A stretch of DNA of 64,000 nucleotides. Origin: Planctomycetota bacterium. Its GTDB lineage: Bacteria; Planctomycetota; UBA8108; SXIK01. Position numbers and translations under genes: made by a program. Each line of letters opens with the position of its first letter. Position 1 is the stretch's first letter. The DNA lies in contig OZ244999.1 in assembly GCA_965223265.1 (NCBI GenBank), positions 2,880,001 through 2,944,000 of the forward strand, written 5' to 3'. Below are positions 17,926-26,947 of the stretch, in pieces. The notes beneath the pieces were generated by a model. That model was not told the origin of the DNA. It did not search any database and saw only the letters and a program-made list of their open reading frames with translations.

Positions 17926-18923
17926 GGATGCGGCTCCAACGGATCGATAGAGGACGAATCGGGCTCATGACTTGTCACTGCGGCTCGCATCGGCAGCGCG
18001 CTCGAGACAGTGTCGGTCGCCGTCGACCAACCGAGCGCAGTGGCCAGATTCCCGGGGAGGGATGACGGACGACCGAACAGTTTCATGAGCTGCAAAGCGT
18101 TGCCGACTGCCTGACCTCGGAAGTGGTTGTTGGTGATCACATAAGCGGTCGTTGTGCGCGACGCGACGCGGGAGATGCGCTCTGCGATCGCATCTAGCTC
18201 TGAATGCGAATAGAGGTAGTCATATTTGGCATCTCTACCGCTCTTCGGATCAAACCACGCCACAGCATTTCGGCCATGCAGGCGGAAATAACCTAGCGGA
18301 CCTGTGTTGATCGAGCAGAGGCCTGGCGATGTCGACGAGTCGGGCATGTCAACGTTGACGAGGTTGGCGCCGAGTCGCTCGAAAAACCGGAGCGCACCGT
18401 CAGCGGTGCCGTCAATGAAGGACTGATGTCGTACTTCGACAAAGACGGGAAGCGGTTCCAGGCACTCGATCGAACGCTGCAGGTGAACGCGATTTTGTGG
18501 GCGGTCTTCGAAGTACCACGGGAACTGCAAGAGAACTCCGCCGAGCTTGCCTGCTTGGGCGAGTGGCGTCACTCCACCGCGAAGCTCCGATGCAATCGCT
18601 TTTGTCTCGTCCCGGCTTGCTTCTTGAACGTGAGTCAGCGCCTTGGGTGCCTTGACGGTAAAGGAGAAACGTGTCAAATCTAAGACCGTCTCGGCCCAAC
18701 GAGCCGACGTGCGCTCGTCGACCGGTCGATAGAACGTGCAGTTGATCTCGATTGTGTCGACGAGTTCAGCCAGATAGCGAAGTTCAGAGAATCCTCGCGG
18801 GCGTTTGGATGGATACACGACACCGCGCCAGTCAGGGTACGACCAACCCGCGACGCCGAAGCGGACATGGGCGAAGCGCCGAGAGGTGCTGTCGGCTTCT
18901 GAGGCTGTCATCGGATTCGACAC
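17922..18923 (-). CDS. DUF72 (UPF0759) family protein
   Basis: GVAGWSYPDWRGVVYP, IEINCTFY, LLQFP, EVRH, YFRLHGRN, YDYLYS, NNHFRGQA. Confidence 0.9.
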   Translation of the reverse strand: MSNPMTASEADSTSRRFAHVRFGVAGWSYPDWRGVVYPSKRPRGFSELRYLAELVDTIEINCTFYRPVDERTSARWAETVLDLTRFSFTVKAPKALTHVQEASRDETKAIASELRGGVTPLAQAGKLGGVLLQFPWYFEDRPQNRVHLQRSIECLEPLPVFVEVRHQSFIDGTADGALRFFERLGANLVNVDMPDSSTSPGLCSINTGPLGYFRLHGRNAVAWFDPKSGRDAKYDYLYSHSELDAIAERISRVASRTTTAYVITNNHFRGQAVGNALQLMKLFGRPSSLPGNLATALGWSTATDTVSSALPMRAAVTSHEPDSSSIDPLEPHP

Positions 18924-18990
18924 TCTTTTCCAACTATGGCGAACGTTTGACCCGATCGGGCTGAGCCAGACCTCAGATTGTCCCCGGAAG

Positions 18991-19011
18991 GACTCTGCAA
19001 CGGGCTGCTAA
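18991..19011. mobile_element. Solo IS/MITE terminal-repeat remnant
   Basis: CAACGGGCTGCTAA matches the reverse complement of the left end of the 60720 MITE with its flank (CAACGGGCTGTTAA) at 13/14 positions; intergenic. Confidence 0.4.
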
Positions 19012-19024
19012 CTCGAGGTTAGGA

Positions 19025-19519
19025 TCACGAGGACTCAGGGCGCCTGAGAGCCGCGACGAACGCCTGATAGCTCCATTCGTAGCCGACCCGCTGTGCAGCG
19101 GTGCGGATGCGAGCATAGTACTTTTCGTACAGAGCTTCCAATGCCTCTCGATACGAGGCATCGCAGAAGTACGTTCTACACCCGAGCGGACGCCGCTCCC
19201 TCTCGGTGCACAAACCGTCTTGCCAGAACGGACACAGGACGCTGCCGTGCGGCCAAGCGAGCGGATGCTTTTGTCGCACAAACGCGATCTCGACGCTGCT
19301 GGCGTAAAGTCGATGGTCGACGCGCTCGAAGTCGCAGCACGCCTTCTTGAGCCAACACTCGACCCCCAGTTTTTCGATCTCAAGGTCGACCTCCGTGTAG
19401 ATCGCGCGCAGCTCCTGCTCGAGCTGCACGGGAAGAGCCGGCGGCAGGGGCGTTCGAGCGTTGGAGGCGGCAGCGTCAGGCGACGCGCCAGAGTTCGGAG
19501 AAGAATGCGGACTTTCCAC
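19025..19519 (-). CDS. YkgJ-like cysteine-cluster (Zn/Fe-S chelating) protein
   Basis: CWLKKACCDF and CPFWQDGLCTERERRPLGCRTYFC; start uncertain (GTG at 19519 chosen). Confidence 0.78.
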   Translation of the reverse strand: MESPHSSPNSGASPDAAASNARTPLPPALPVQLEQELRAIYTEVDLEIEKLGVECWLKKACCDFERVDHRLYASSVEIAFVRQKHPLAWPHGSVLCPFWQDGLCTERERRPLGCRTYFCDASYREALEALYEKYYARIRTAAQRVGYEWSYQAFVAALRRPESS

Positions 19520-19698
19520 GGACGCAGTATACCGCTGGAGGGCTGTTTGCCGTGCCGATTTCGACTCACGTCGCGCCGCTCTCGAGGCGCCGAGACGGCG
19601 GCGAGCGAGGTGTCCGTTTTTCTGACGCCGCACACTTTGCTGCGCGCAAGCTGGAAACCTAACTATCAGCGAAAACTTGGTTTGTGTTTCCCGCCCGC

Positions 19699-19715
19699 TT
19701 GGCTTGAAGATTGCT
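19699..19715 (+). promoter_or_regulatory. Sigma-54 (RpoN) -24/-12 promoter upstream of the CHAT-secretin operon
   Basis: TTGGCTTGAAGATTGCT: TGGC, exact GG-N10-GC spacing and TTGCT; intergenic and oriented toward the CHAT gene. Confidence 0.6.
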
Positions 19716-20042
19716 TTTTCAGTTCCCCGGTCGCCGACCGAGCCTCAACGAAGCTTGGTTTTGGGCGGATTCGCATCTCCCAAACACCTATGATGAACTG
19801 TCCGGTGAGAGCAGCTCGTCGGGAGAGTAGAACAGCTCAAGTCCCCCTTGCTTGGCCTAAAGCCGGGCTCGAGTGCGATGCGGTCGGCGGCCGCTCTCAA
19901 CTTTCGCCTCCTGAAACCGGGGCAGCTCCGTGCGGCGCGAGCTGCGAGTTTCAGGACGACTCACCACGGAGGCGCGCGACTGAATCGTGGGTGCGACGAC
20001 GATCTCTTGAAGTTCACCGTGTTCTCACCAGCTTGGTTGCCG

Positions 20043-23000
20043 ATGCGTTTTGGGGCGGTCGCCGCTGTGGTTTTTGGGATGGCGCTGCCCCTGTGGGCGG
20101 CGCCTCTCGACGCCACCTCGGATGCCCGCCGCCGCGTAGCACAGGCGGAGGCGCGAGGCGACGCCCACTTTCGTAAGGCGGCGAAGCACTACAGCGCTTC
20201 GAGGCAGCGCTGGGCACGAATCGAAAAGGAAGCCGGAGAGAGGCAAGCGCACGACGTCGCTCGCGCCGCGGTCGCAGCGCGCACCGCTCTCGCCGTGCTG
20301 CTCCGCCGCCCACAGCTCCTCCCTCCGGCGACTCCTCCGCCGCCTCCGCCGCCGCTGGCGGCTCGCGCTGACGCCGCCACGCCGGTTGAACTGGAGCGCC
20401 TACTTGGATTCGTCACCACGATTGAGCGAGGATTCCTGGCGCAACAGAATCGCGAGCGTCGCGATGATCTGCTGCTCTTTGAGACCCTCGCACTCCTTTT
20501 ACGTTTGGCCGGCGAGATTCACCATGTGCAGGCAGACGCCGAGTATGCCGCAGCGCTGGCGGTGGTCGAACGTCACGTGGACTCCAAGGTGCCGGCCGCG
20601 GCTGCGGTCGACGCCGGCGCTGCTTGGCGTGATTCAAGCCGCGTTCGTCTTCTCTACAAGCTGCGGCGGTTCGACCGTGCAGCGGCGGTTCTCGAGTCAG
20701 AGAGCATTGACCTCGATGCGCTTGACTCGAAAAACGTGACGCGTCATCTCCGCGTCGTCTTCGGCCTCGCACGCTTTCGCGGCGATTTAGCTGCTGAGGG
20801 CTCGGCTCTCAAGGAGCTCCGTCGGCGCGGCGAGAAGGCAGAAGAGAGTACGCGGCTGGGCGCCCGCTTTCGCTCTTTCGCCCTTGGTCGCAAGGTTGAC
20901 CTCGTGCATGCCGCGGACACGTCGCTAGCGGTCCTTCAAGGGTTTCAGTTGCAGCCGCACGACAGTCGGCTGCTACGTCATTTCGCCGCGCTTTGTGCCC
21001 TGGAGTTGGGGGAGTACTCCCTCGCCGAAGAGATCCTTGCCGGCGGCGATCTGCGGGCGGAACGCGATTCATGGCTCCGGGCCTCTATGGCCGCTCGCCT
21101 TGGGCTCGCACGTTCTCGCCTTGGCGACGACGAGGGTGCTTTGATCGCTTTCGAGTTGGCGCGAGCGAGCACGAAAGAGCTCCACCCGAGCACGTCTTTC
21201 CAGGCTAAGTTGCTCCTCAACGAAGCCCGGGCGGGTCTTGGGCTGTGGAAATTGGAGGACGCCCACAGGCGGGCCGCCGCAGTGCTCTCCCTTGCTGACG
21301 TTTCAGCCGAATACAAAGTGCGGGCGCGTCTACTCATCGCCAACGCTCTCTACGAGCGGAGCAAAGAGGAACCTTCGCTTTTGGCCGACGTCCGGCGCAC
21401 GCACGACGCCGCGCAGCGGGACCTCGACACCGCGACGAATCTCGCGTCGGACGTCGTGGCAGAACTGCGGGCGGCGCTCGCGATTGACCGCGCCAACGCG
21501 CATCGCCTCGAGGTGCTCCGGCTGCGCGGCGGGGCGGCGATCGAGGAGCGCCGTCGTGAATTGTGGAGCGAGGCGATCCGGCTGCAGGACGACGCCTTGC
21601 GGCAAGCGGATGCGGCGAACCTGCCGCGACTTGCATCAGTTGCCGCCGGAAATCTCGGCGAGCTCTACCTCGAGAGCGGCGACATAGAGTCCGCGAAATC
21701 ATTCGTCGACTGGGCGCTCGAGCGCGCGCGTCAGCTCGGACTTTTCGAGACTGAGTGGCGCTGCCATTGGTACCGCGCTCGCATTGCCAGTGCCTCCGGT
21801 GACGAAGAGGGCGCCGACGCGCACTACAGCGCGGCTCTTGATCTGGTTGAGGGGCGGCGGGCTCGGATCGTCGATTTTGGACGCAAGAGCGGCTTCTTGA
21901 ACGACAAGAGTGCTCTCTACCGCGACCTCGTGGCGCGCGAGATCCGTCGAGGCAATGCCGCGAAGGCATTGACAATGGCCGAGCGCGCGAAGGCGCGTGC
22001 ACTCGTCGAGTCGATGGGGTGGCGACACTTTCCACTGCACGATCAGCAGGAGCGAGCTCTCCTCGGGCGATGGATGACCGCCATCGCACGCCACGAGCGC
22101 GCGTCGCAGTCGCGGGCTCCACGGCTTCTTGGGGCGGCAGCGAAGCCACTCGATCTCGACGCGGTTCGTCGGGAGCTCTCTGAGATCAAGAGCGAACTGG
22201 CGAAACGCGTACGACCAGGATCGGCGCTTGCGGCAATCGTCAACGGCGATCCTGCGGACGCCCAGACGATTCGAAACAAGCTGTTGCCTCCCGCACAAAC
22301 ACTGGTTGAGTACTTCGCACTTGAGGATTCATTGGTGGTGTTCGTCGTCAATGGGGTCGGCGTTGACGTGCGCCGTCTCGGCGTCTCCGTGACAGACGTG
22401 CAACGTCAGACGGAATCCTTTCTTCGCGGTGGTGCGGCTGACGTTGCCGCAGCGCGACGTCTCTACGATTGGCTCGTCGCACCGGTTCGGCAGCTCATGG
22501 ATCAACCGCGCGTTGTCGTCGTACCCTATGGTCCGCTGCACCAACTGCCGTTTGAAACGCTTCGCGATCACAAAGGTTCGGCTCTCATCGACGCCTACGA
22601 GATCTCGTACCTGCCGGCTGCCAGTGCGCTCAGATACGTGAACAAGACACGCCCGTGTGCTAATAAGGAGAAACTGCGGTTGCTCGCAGTCGTCGATCCC
22701 GCTACTGACTACGACCGCGACGGCGAGCCGGACCTTGTGCCGCTGCCATTCGCGCGCCAAGAGGTTCAGAGTTTTGCGTGGCGATTCGCTGAGCGCGACG
22801 TTCTCGCGGGAAACCAAGCGATCGAGTCTGAGTGCGTGCGGCGGGCGGGTGACTACGACGTCATCCACTACGCGTGCCATGGCGAGTTTCATGCCTCGCG
22901 GCCTTGGGAGTCACCCCTCTTTCTGGCCGCCGGCGACGGCGAGGACGCCGCAGCGGACGGGCGGCTTCGGGCTGGAGAGATCTACGGCTTAGACCTTCGC

Positions 23001-23300
23001 AAAAGTTGTCTGGTAACGCTTTCAGGCTGCGAGACCGGTAAGAGTGCGGTCGGGCGAGGGGACGATCCCATCAGTTTGTCGACGGCGTTCCTCCACTCGG
23101 GCGCGCGGGCGTTGATCGTCAGTCTATGGCGGGTCGAGGACGAAGCGACATCGGTGCTCATGAATATTTTTTATCGGCGTTGGCTCGAAGAGGGGCAGAC
23201 GAAATCTGCGGCCCTCCGCGACGCAAAGTTAGAAATGGCGGCCGGCAAGTTCTCTCATCCCCGTCAGTGGGGTGCTTTTATCCTCATCGGTGAATCATGA
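20043..23300 (+). CDS. Exported TPR-CHAT (caspase/separase-like) protease
   Basis: Signal-like MRFGAVAAVVFGMALPLWA; TPR helices; AERAKARAL; LYDWLVAP, VPYGPLHQLPFETL, IHYACHG (His), LVTLSGCETG (Cys), SLWRVED, HPRQWGAF; ORF open to 19848. Confidence 0.9.
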   Translation: MRFGAVAAVVFGMALPLWAAPLDATSDARRRVAQAEARGDAHFRKAAKHYSASRQRWARIEKEAGERQAHDVARAAVAARTALAVLLRRPQLLPPATPPPPPPPLAARADAATPVELERLLGFVTTIERGFLAQQNRERRDDLLLFETLALLLRLAGEIHHVQADAEYAAALAVVERHVDSKVPAAAAVDAGAAWRDSSRVRLLYKLRRFDRAAAVLESESIDLDALDSKNVTRHLRVVFGLARFRGDLAAEGSALKELRRRGEKAEESTRLGARFRSFALGRKVDLVHAADTSLAVLQGFQLQPHDSRLLRHFAALCALELGEYSLAEEILAGGDLRAERDSWLRASMAARLGLARSRLGDDEGALIAFELARASTKELHPSTSFQAKLLLNEARAGLGLWKLEDAHRRAAAVLSLADVSAEYKVRARLLIANALYERSKEEPSLLADVRRTHDAAQRDLDTATNLASDVVAELRAALAIDRANAHRLEVLRLRGGAAIEERRRELWSEAIRLQDDALRQADAANLPRLASVAAGNLGELYLESGDIESAKSFVDWALERARQLGLFETEWRCHWYRARIASASGDEEGADAHYSAALDLVEGRRARIVDFGRKSGFLNDKSALYRDLVAREIRRGNAAKALTMAERAKARALVESMGWRHFPLHDQQERALLGRWMTAIARHERASQSRAPRLLGAAAKPLDLDAVRRELSEIKSELAKRVRPGSALAAIVNGDPADAQTIRNKLLPPAQTLVEYFALEDSLVVFVVNGVGVDVRRLGVSVTDVQRQTESFLRGGAADVAAARRLYDWLVAPVRQLMDQPRVVVVPYGPLHQLPFETLRDHKGSALIDAYEISYLPAASALRYVNKTRPCANKEKLRLLAVVDPATDYDRDGEPDLVPLPFARQEVQSFAWRFAERDVLAGNQAIESECVRRAGDYDVIHYACHGEFHASRPWESPLFLAAGDGEDAAADGRLRAGEIYGLDLRKSCLVTLSGCETGKSAVGRGDDPISLSTAFLHSGARALIVSLWRVEDEATSVLMNIFYRRWLEEGQTKSAALRDAKLEMAAGKFSHPRQWGAFILIGES

Positions 23301-26300
23301 ATCGTTTGATTTCAATCCGCACAGTCGGCCCGGCGCGGCATCTGTGCCGCGCTACGACACCGCCGACGCGTGCGCGTTCTCGAGTCTGGTCGACGCTCGC
23401 TGACCAGAGCTCGGGCCGCATGCTGCGGTCTTTCGCCCTGGCTCTGAGTTTGACATGCGTTCTCTTGGCGAGTGGCTGCTCTGTGCCGTCTGACGATGTG
23501 GCCGGTGGGGCGCCCGCGGCGTCCTCGGCGGAGCCGCAGCGTGATGACACTCCACCGATCGCTGAGCCCACTTCTCCGCCACTGGTAGAGAAGGATGCTT
23601 CCGGGGACGTGAGCGACACCGAAGCACCGCTCATCTCCAGTCGCGTTGACGTCGACGTTCGCGCCGTGGCCGGTGAGGTCGCCGAGGAGGCGAGCTCGGG
23701 AAGCGCTGTGTCATTGGCCGGTTCTGATGATGAACCACTTGAGTCGGTGGTGTCGACCGACGAGCTGTCGCCTGCGCAAACGGGCGCTACGGGTGAGCGT
23801 TTGACAGACGAGGACGGCTCGGCGTTCGAAGCGGCCACTGAATCCGGCCCCGCGGCGCAGTCGGTGGACGATACCGTGGTTTCGCAAGGTAAAACCGTTG
23901 AACAGAGCCCTGCCGGGAGCGCGGTGTCGTTTCTATCGGAGGGCGATGCCGACGAAGAACCCGCGCTGCGCGACACGGCCCAACGTGTCCCGGCGCCGGG
24001 TGACCCGGCGCCGCGTGACACGGCGGCGCGGCAGCGCCTGCTCACGGCGTTCCTCCGCGGGGAAGATTTGGGCGCACAGGGGCTCGACGACGAAGGGGAG
24101 CGCTCGCAGGGTGATTCTGGCGCTCGATCAACAACCTCTGAGCCTCCTGCTGTCGACCGTCCAAACGACCAGGGCTTGGGAGATCTCCGCGGCCGACTCC
24201 TTCGCTCCGCACGCGAACGATCGGGCAGTTTGCCGCCGCCGCAGTCTCCGGGGGCAACCGAGAACGAGCCGAACCAAGGCGGTTTGCGCCAACTCAGTGA
24301 CCAACGACGCAGTGACTCACAACCCAGTGACGAATCAGCCGGGCGCCGCGACGACGGATACGGGCTTGAGGCGCCGCCACCGAGGCTGCGGTCCGGCGCC
24401 GCGCCGCCGCGTTCTTCCGAGACTCTCGATGTGAGCCCAGGCGGAAACGTACCCGGATCGGAGGGCGAGCCCGCTACCAATGGGTCGACTGCCCGTGCAG
24501 CAAACGTGAAACGTCCCGGTGACGACTTCGAGATCGTTACGCTCCATCACAAGACGGCTGGCGAGTTTCTGCGTTTCGTCCGAGAGCATTTCCCAGTGTG
24601 GATCGAAGCCGGGTATCTGCTCAAGATCGAGGGGAAAGCGCACTCGCTCATGGTGTTCGGAGTTGACGCCGAGGATGCGACGCGGAGGCGAATCATTGCG
24701 ACGCTGGAGAGGTTCGATCTTCTCGAGGTCAAGCCGACGCAAGAGTTTATCCGCCCGCGTTACATCGACGCGAAGATCGCTCTTGATGCCATCGCTATGC
24801 GTGGTCTCGCCAAGATTTGGGTCCTCACCGACGAGACCAAGACCGCTTCGTGGAAGGAAGGCGAGAACACGATGACCGCCAGCTATCGCAAGGAGGTGTA
24901 TGCGCCTCAAGAGCTTGCAGCCGGCGAGGCAGCACCGGTCGACATGCGACCGACGATTCCCTACGTCTACGAGCTCCCCTCCGTTGATCCCTTCGAGATC
25001 CCGGAGTTTTCGGCGGGCGAAGGCAACAACGAGACCAAACTCGTGCGTTTTGACCAAACATCGTCGACCGAGCGGCGCGGAGGTTTCATCGCGGTTGGTA
25101 CCGAAGAGAACATCGCGGAGATCAAAGCCTTCGTTGAGGAGATCGATCAACCTGCGAAGCTTGTGATGATCGAGGTGCAGGTCATCGAGCTCGATGCAAA
25201 CAAGTTCCTTGACCTTGGTATCGACTCGATCCAATTCGGCGAAGGACACACTGTCGGGGGCATCAGTTTGCCCTTGCCTGGTGAGCCGATCGTTCAGCCG
25301 GGTCTCGGCGACGCAGCGCGTGCCGATCCGAACCAGTTCGTCCCGGAGCTGACTCAGGAGGGGCTGTCCGCCATCTTTGATGACACGTCGGTCGATCTGT
25401 CTGGACGCTTCATCGGCAACATCCATGCTCTCGTGCGCGAAGGGAATGCCAAGATCAAAGCGCGGCCGAAGATTTTGACGCTCGACGATCGGATGAGCGT
25501 ACTGCACATCGGTCAGGATGTGCCAGTGTTCGAATCGACCAGCGTGACGCGGGACGCCACCGATGGGAATCTCGTCAGTGAAGTGCAGGAAGTCGGTACG
25601 CAGTATGTCGGATTCACCCTCAACATACGTCCACGCGTCACCGGCGGTGCCGAAGACCGCATCGCGCTTCAGGTGGAGGTGATCGTCAACGCCCTCGGTG
25701 AACGCCAACGGGTCTTCGAGGAGGATCTCGCGGGGATTCCGGCGGTCATCACGCGCCGCTATATTGGCATGCCCCTGGTGAAGAACCACCGCCCGATCGT
25801 TCTCGGTGGTTTGATTCAGGAAGAGGAGGTCGAGTCGATCAACAAGATCCCTCTCCTTGGAGACATCCCGCTGCTGGGTTACCTGTTCCGTCGCACGCAG
25901 AAGACGCAGTCGCGCAACGAGGTGATCTTCGTGCTGACGCCGCACATCCTGTCGCAGAAGGGCGTCGACCGGCAGGGGACGCCGAAGGAAAGTCCGATCT
26001 TCGACACGTTTGATAGCGCGCTCTTCAACGACAAGCACATCATCAAAGGCCGCGACGTGCTCGGTATCGACCCGATCACCGGCAATCCTGCGGTCGTGGA
26101 CGGCAAGCAGTTTTCCAAGGAAGAAGTCGTCGACCTGACGCTCCTTAACATCATCAAACAGCGTGAGCTCATTAGCAAGCTTGGCATTTTGGACGACTAC
26201 TTGAGTGACGCCCTCTCGGATCTTAATTGGCTCCAGCGTAAGTGGCCGGAGCGCACCGTCGGCTGGTGGTCGGCGCGCGACCAGGAAGTTTTCTTTCGCG

Positions 26301-26914
26301 CCTCGGCGATTCTCATTGAGAACATCAAGGAACTAAACTCCGATCTGACTTATGAGGAGCTGACGCTGCCGCGCCGCGAGATCGTGCTGCCGACTACACC
26401 ATTTAGAATCAGTCTTAGCTACGACCAGGTCCACGAGTTGCAGCTCCTCGGCGCACCTCTTCTGCGCGGCGAGCGCGTTGAACTTGACGAAGAAACGCTC
26501 GGTGTGCTGCGTGAGGCAGGCGATCGCAGCCTCTTGGACTTCGCCGAGTTTCTCGAACGCCGCCAAACGAAAGCTGAAGATCATGGCGAGCTCATTGTCG
26601 AGCTCAAGCGCTACTACGGCGGACTGAGGCCAGATAGCTCAAAACTGGAGTCGATTGCGTACGCCGAGATCTACCGCGAATTGGCCGCGGAAAAAGTCAA
26701 CTTCACAGGATTGGCGACGTACCTTCGGGAAAACCTGGCGACGCGCTATCGCGATTTCGGTGCACCCGATGTTGGCTCGTTTGCACAGGACGTGACGCTC
26801 TTCTTGAAATCTTCTGTGACTCTTTTTCATCGCGGCAAGCGGCTGCGCCAGCTTGAGACCAAGTGGATGAAGATTGGCGAACCACCAACGGAGCAAGAAG
26901 ATTCGAACCAGTAG
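23297..26914 (+). CDS. Atypical secretin (GspD/PilQ superfamily) with lipoprotein signal, long disordered N-region and C-terminal extension
   Basis: Lipobox LASG-C; IDQPAKLVMIEVQVIEL, AKIKARPKILTLD, VGFTLNIRPRV, IVLGGLIQE, KIPLLGDIPLLGYLFRR, EVIFVLTPHIL; ATGA overlap with the CHAT gene (alternative start 23420). Confidence 0.88.
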   Translation: MNRLISIRTVGPARHLCRATTPPTRARSRVWSTLADQSSGRMLRSFALALSLTCVLLASGCSVPSDDVAGGAPAASSAEPQRDDTPPIAEPTSPPLVEKDASGDVSDTEAPLISSRVDVDVRAVAGEVAEEASSGSAVSLAGSDDEPLESVVSTDELSPAQTGATGERLTDEDGSAFEAATESGPAAQSVDDTVVSQGKTVEQSPAGSAVSFLSEGDADEEPALRDTAQRVPAPGDPAPRDTAARQRLLTAFLRGEDLGAQGLDDEGERSQGDSGARSTTSEPPAVDRPNDQGLGDLRGRLLRSARERSGSLPPPQSPGATENEPNQGGLRQLSDQRRSDSQPSDESAGRRDDGYGLEAPPPRLRSGAAPPRSSETLDVSPGGNVPGSEGEPATNGSTARAANVKRPGDDFEIVTLHHKTAGEFLRFVREHFPVWIEAGYLLKIEGKAHSLMVFGVDAEDATRRRIIATLERFDLLEVKPTQEFIRPRYIDAKIALDAIAMRGLAKIWVLTDETKTASWKEGENTMTASYRKEVYAPQELAAGEAAPVDMRPTIPYVYELPSVDPFEIPEFSAGEGNNETKLVRFDQTSSTERRGGFIAVGTEENIAEIKAFVEEIDQPAKLVMIEVQVIELDANKFLDLGIDSIQFGEGHTVGGISLPLPGEPIVQPGLGDAARADPNQFVPELTQEGLSAIFDDTSVDLSGRFIGNIHALVREGNAKIKARPKILTLDDRMSVLHIGQDVPVFESTSVTRDATDGNLVSEVQEVGTQYVGFTLNIRPRVTGGAEDRIALQVEVIVNALGERQRVFEEDLAGIPAVITRRYIGMPLVKNHRPIVLGGLIQEEEVESINKIPLLGDIPLLGYLFRRTQKTQSRNEVIFVLTPHILSQKGVDRQGTPKESPIFDTFDSALFNDKHIIKGRDVLGIDPITGNPAVVDGKQFSKEEVVDLTLLNIIKQRELISKLGILDDYLSDALSDLNWLQRKWPERTVGWWSARDQEVFFRASAILIENIKELNSDLTYEELTLPRREIVLPTTPFRISLSYDQVHELQLLGAPLLRGERVELDEETLGVLREAGDRSLLDFAEFLERRQTKAEDHGELIVELKRYYGGLRPDSSKLESIAYAEIYRELAAEKVNFTGLATYLRENLATRYRDFGAPDVGSFAQDVTLFLKSSVTLFHRGKRLRQLETKWMKIGEPPTEQEDSNQ

Positions 26915-26947
26915 ACCATACAGTACGCGGCCCAGTTTCGATGAGAT

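Noticed and set aside
19505-19522. Minus-strand GGAAAGTCC resembling the RNase P RNA P4 motif
   Set aside because: It lacks the preceding GA and the following conserved sequence, no 3' ACAGAA-CCGGCTTA partner is visible, and it overlaps a CDS start.
24335-26038. 567-aa antisense ORF, plus others such as 23284-24480, 28052-29140 and 51284-52315
   Set aside because: They lie opposite well-supported genes and have no motifs; shadow ORFs like these are expected with high-GC codon bias.
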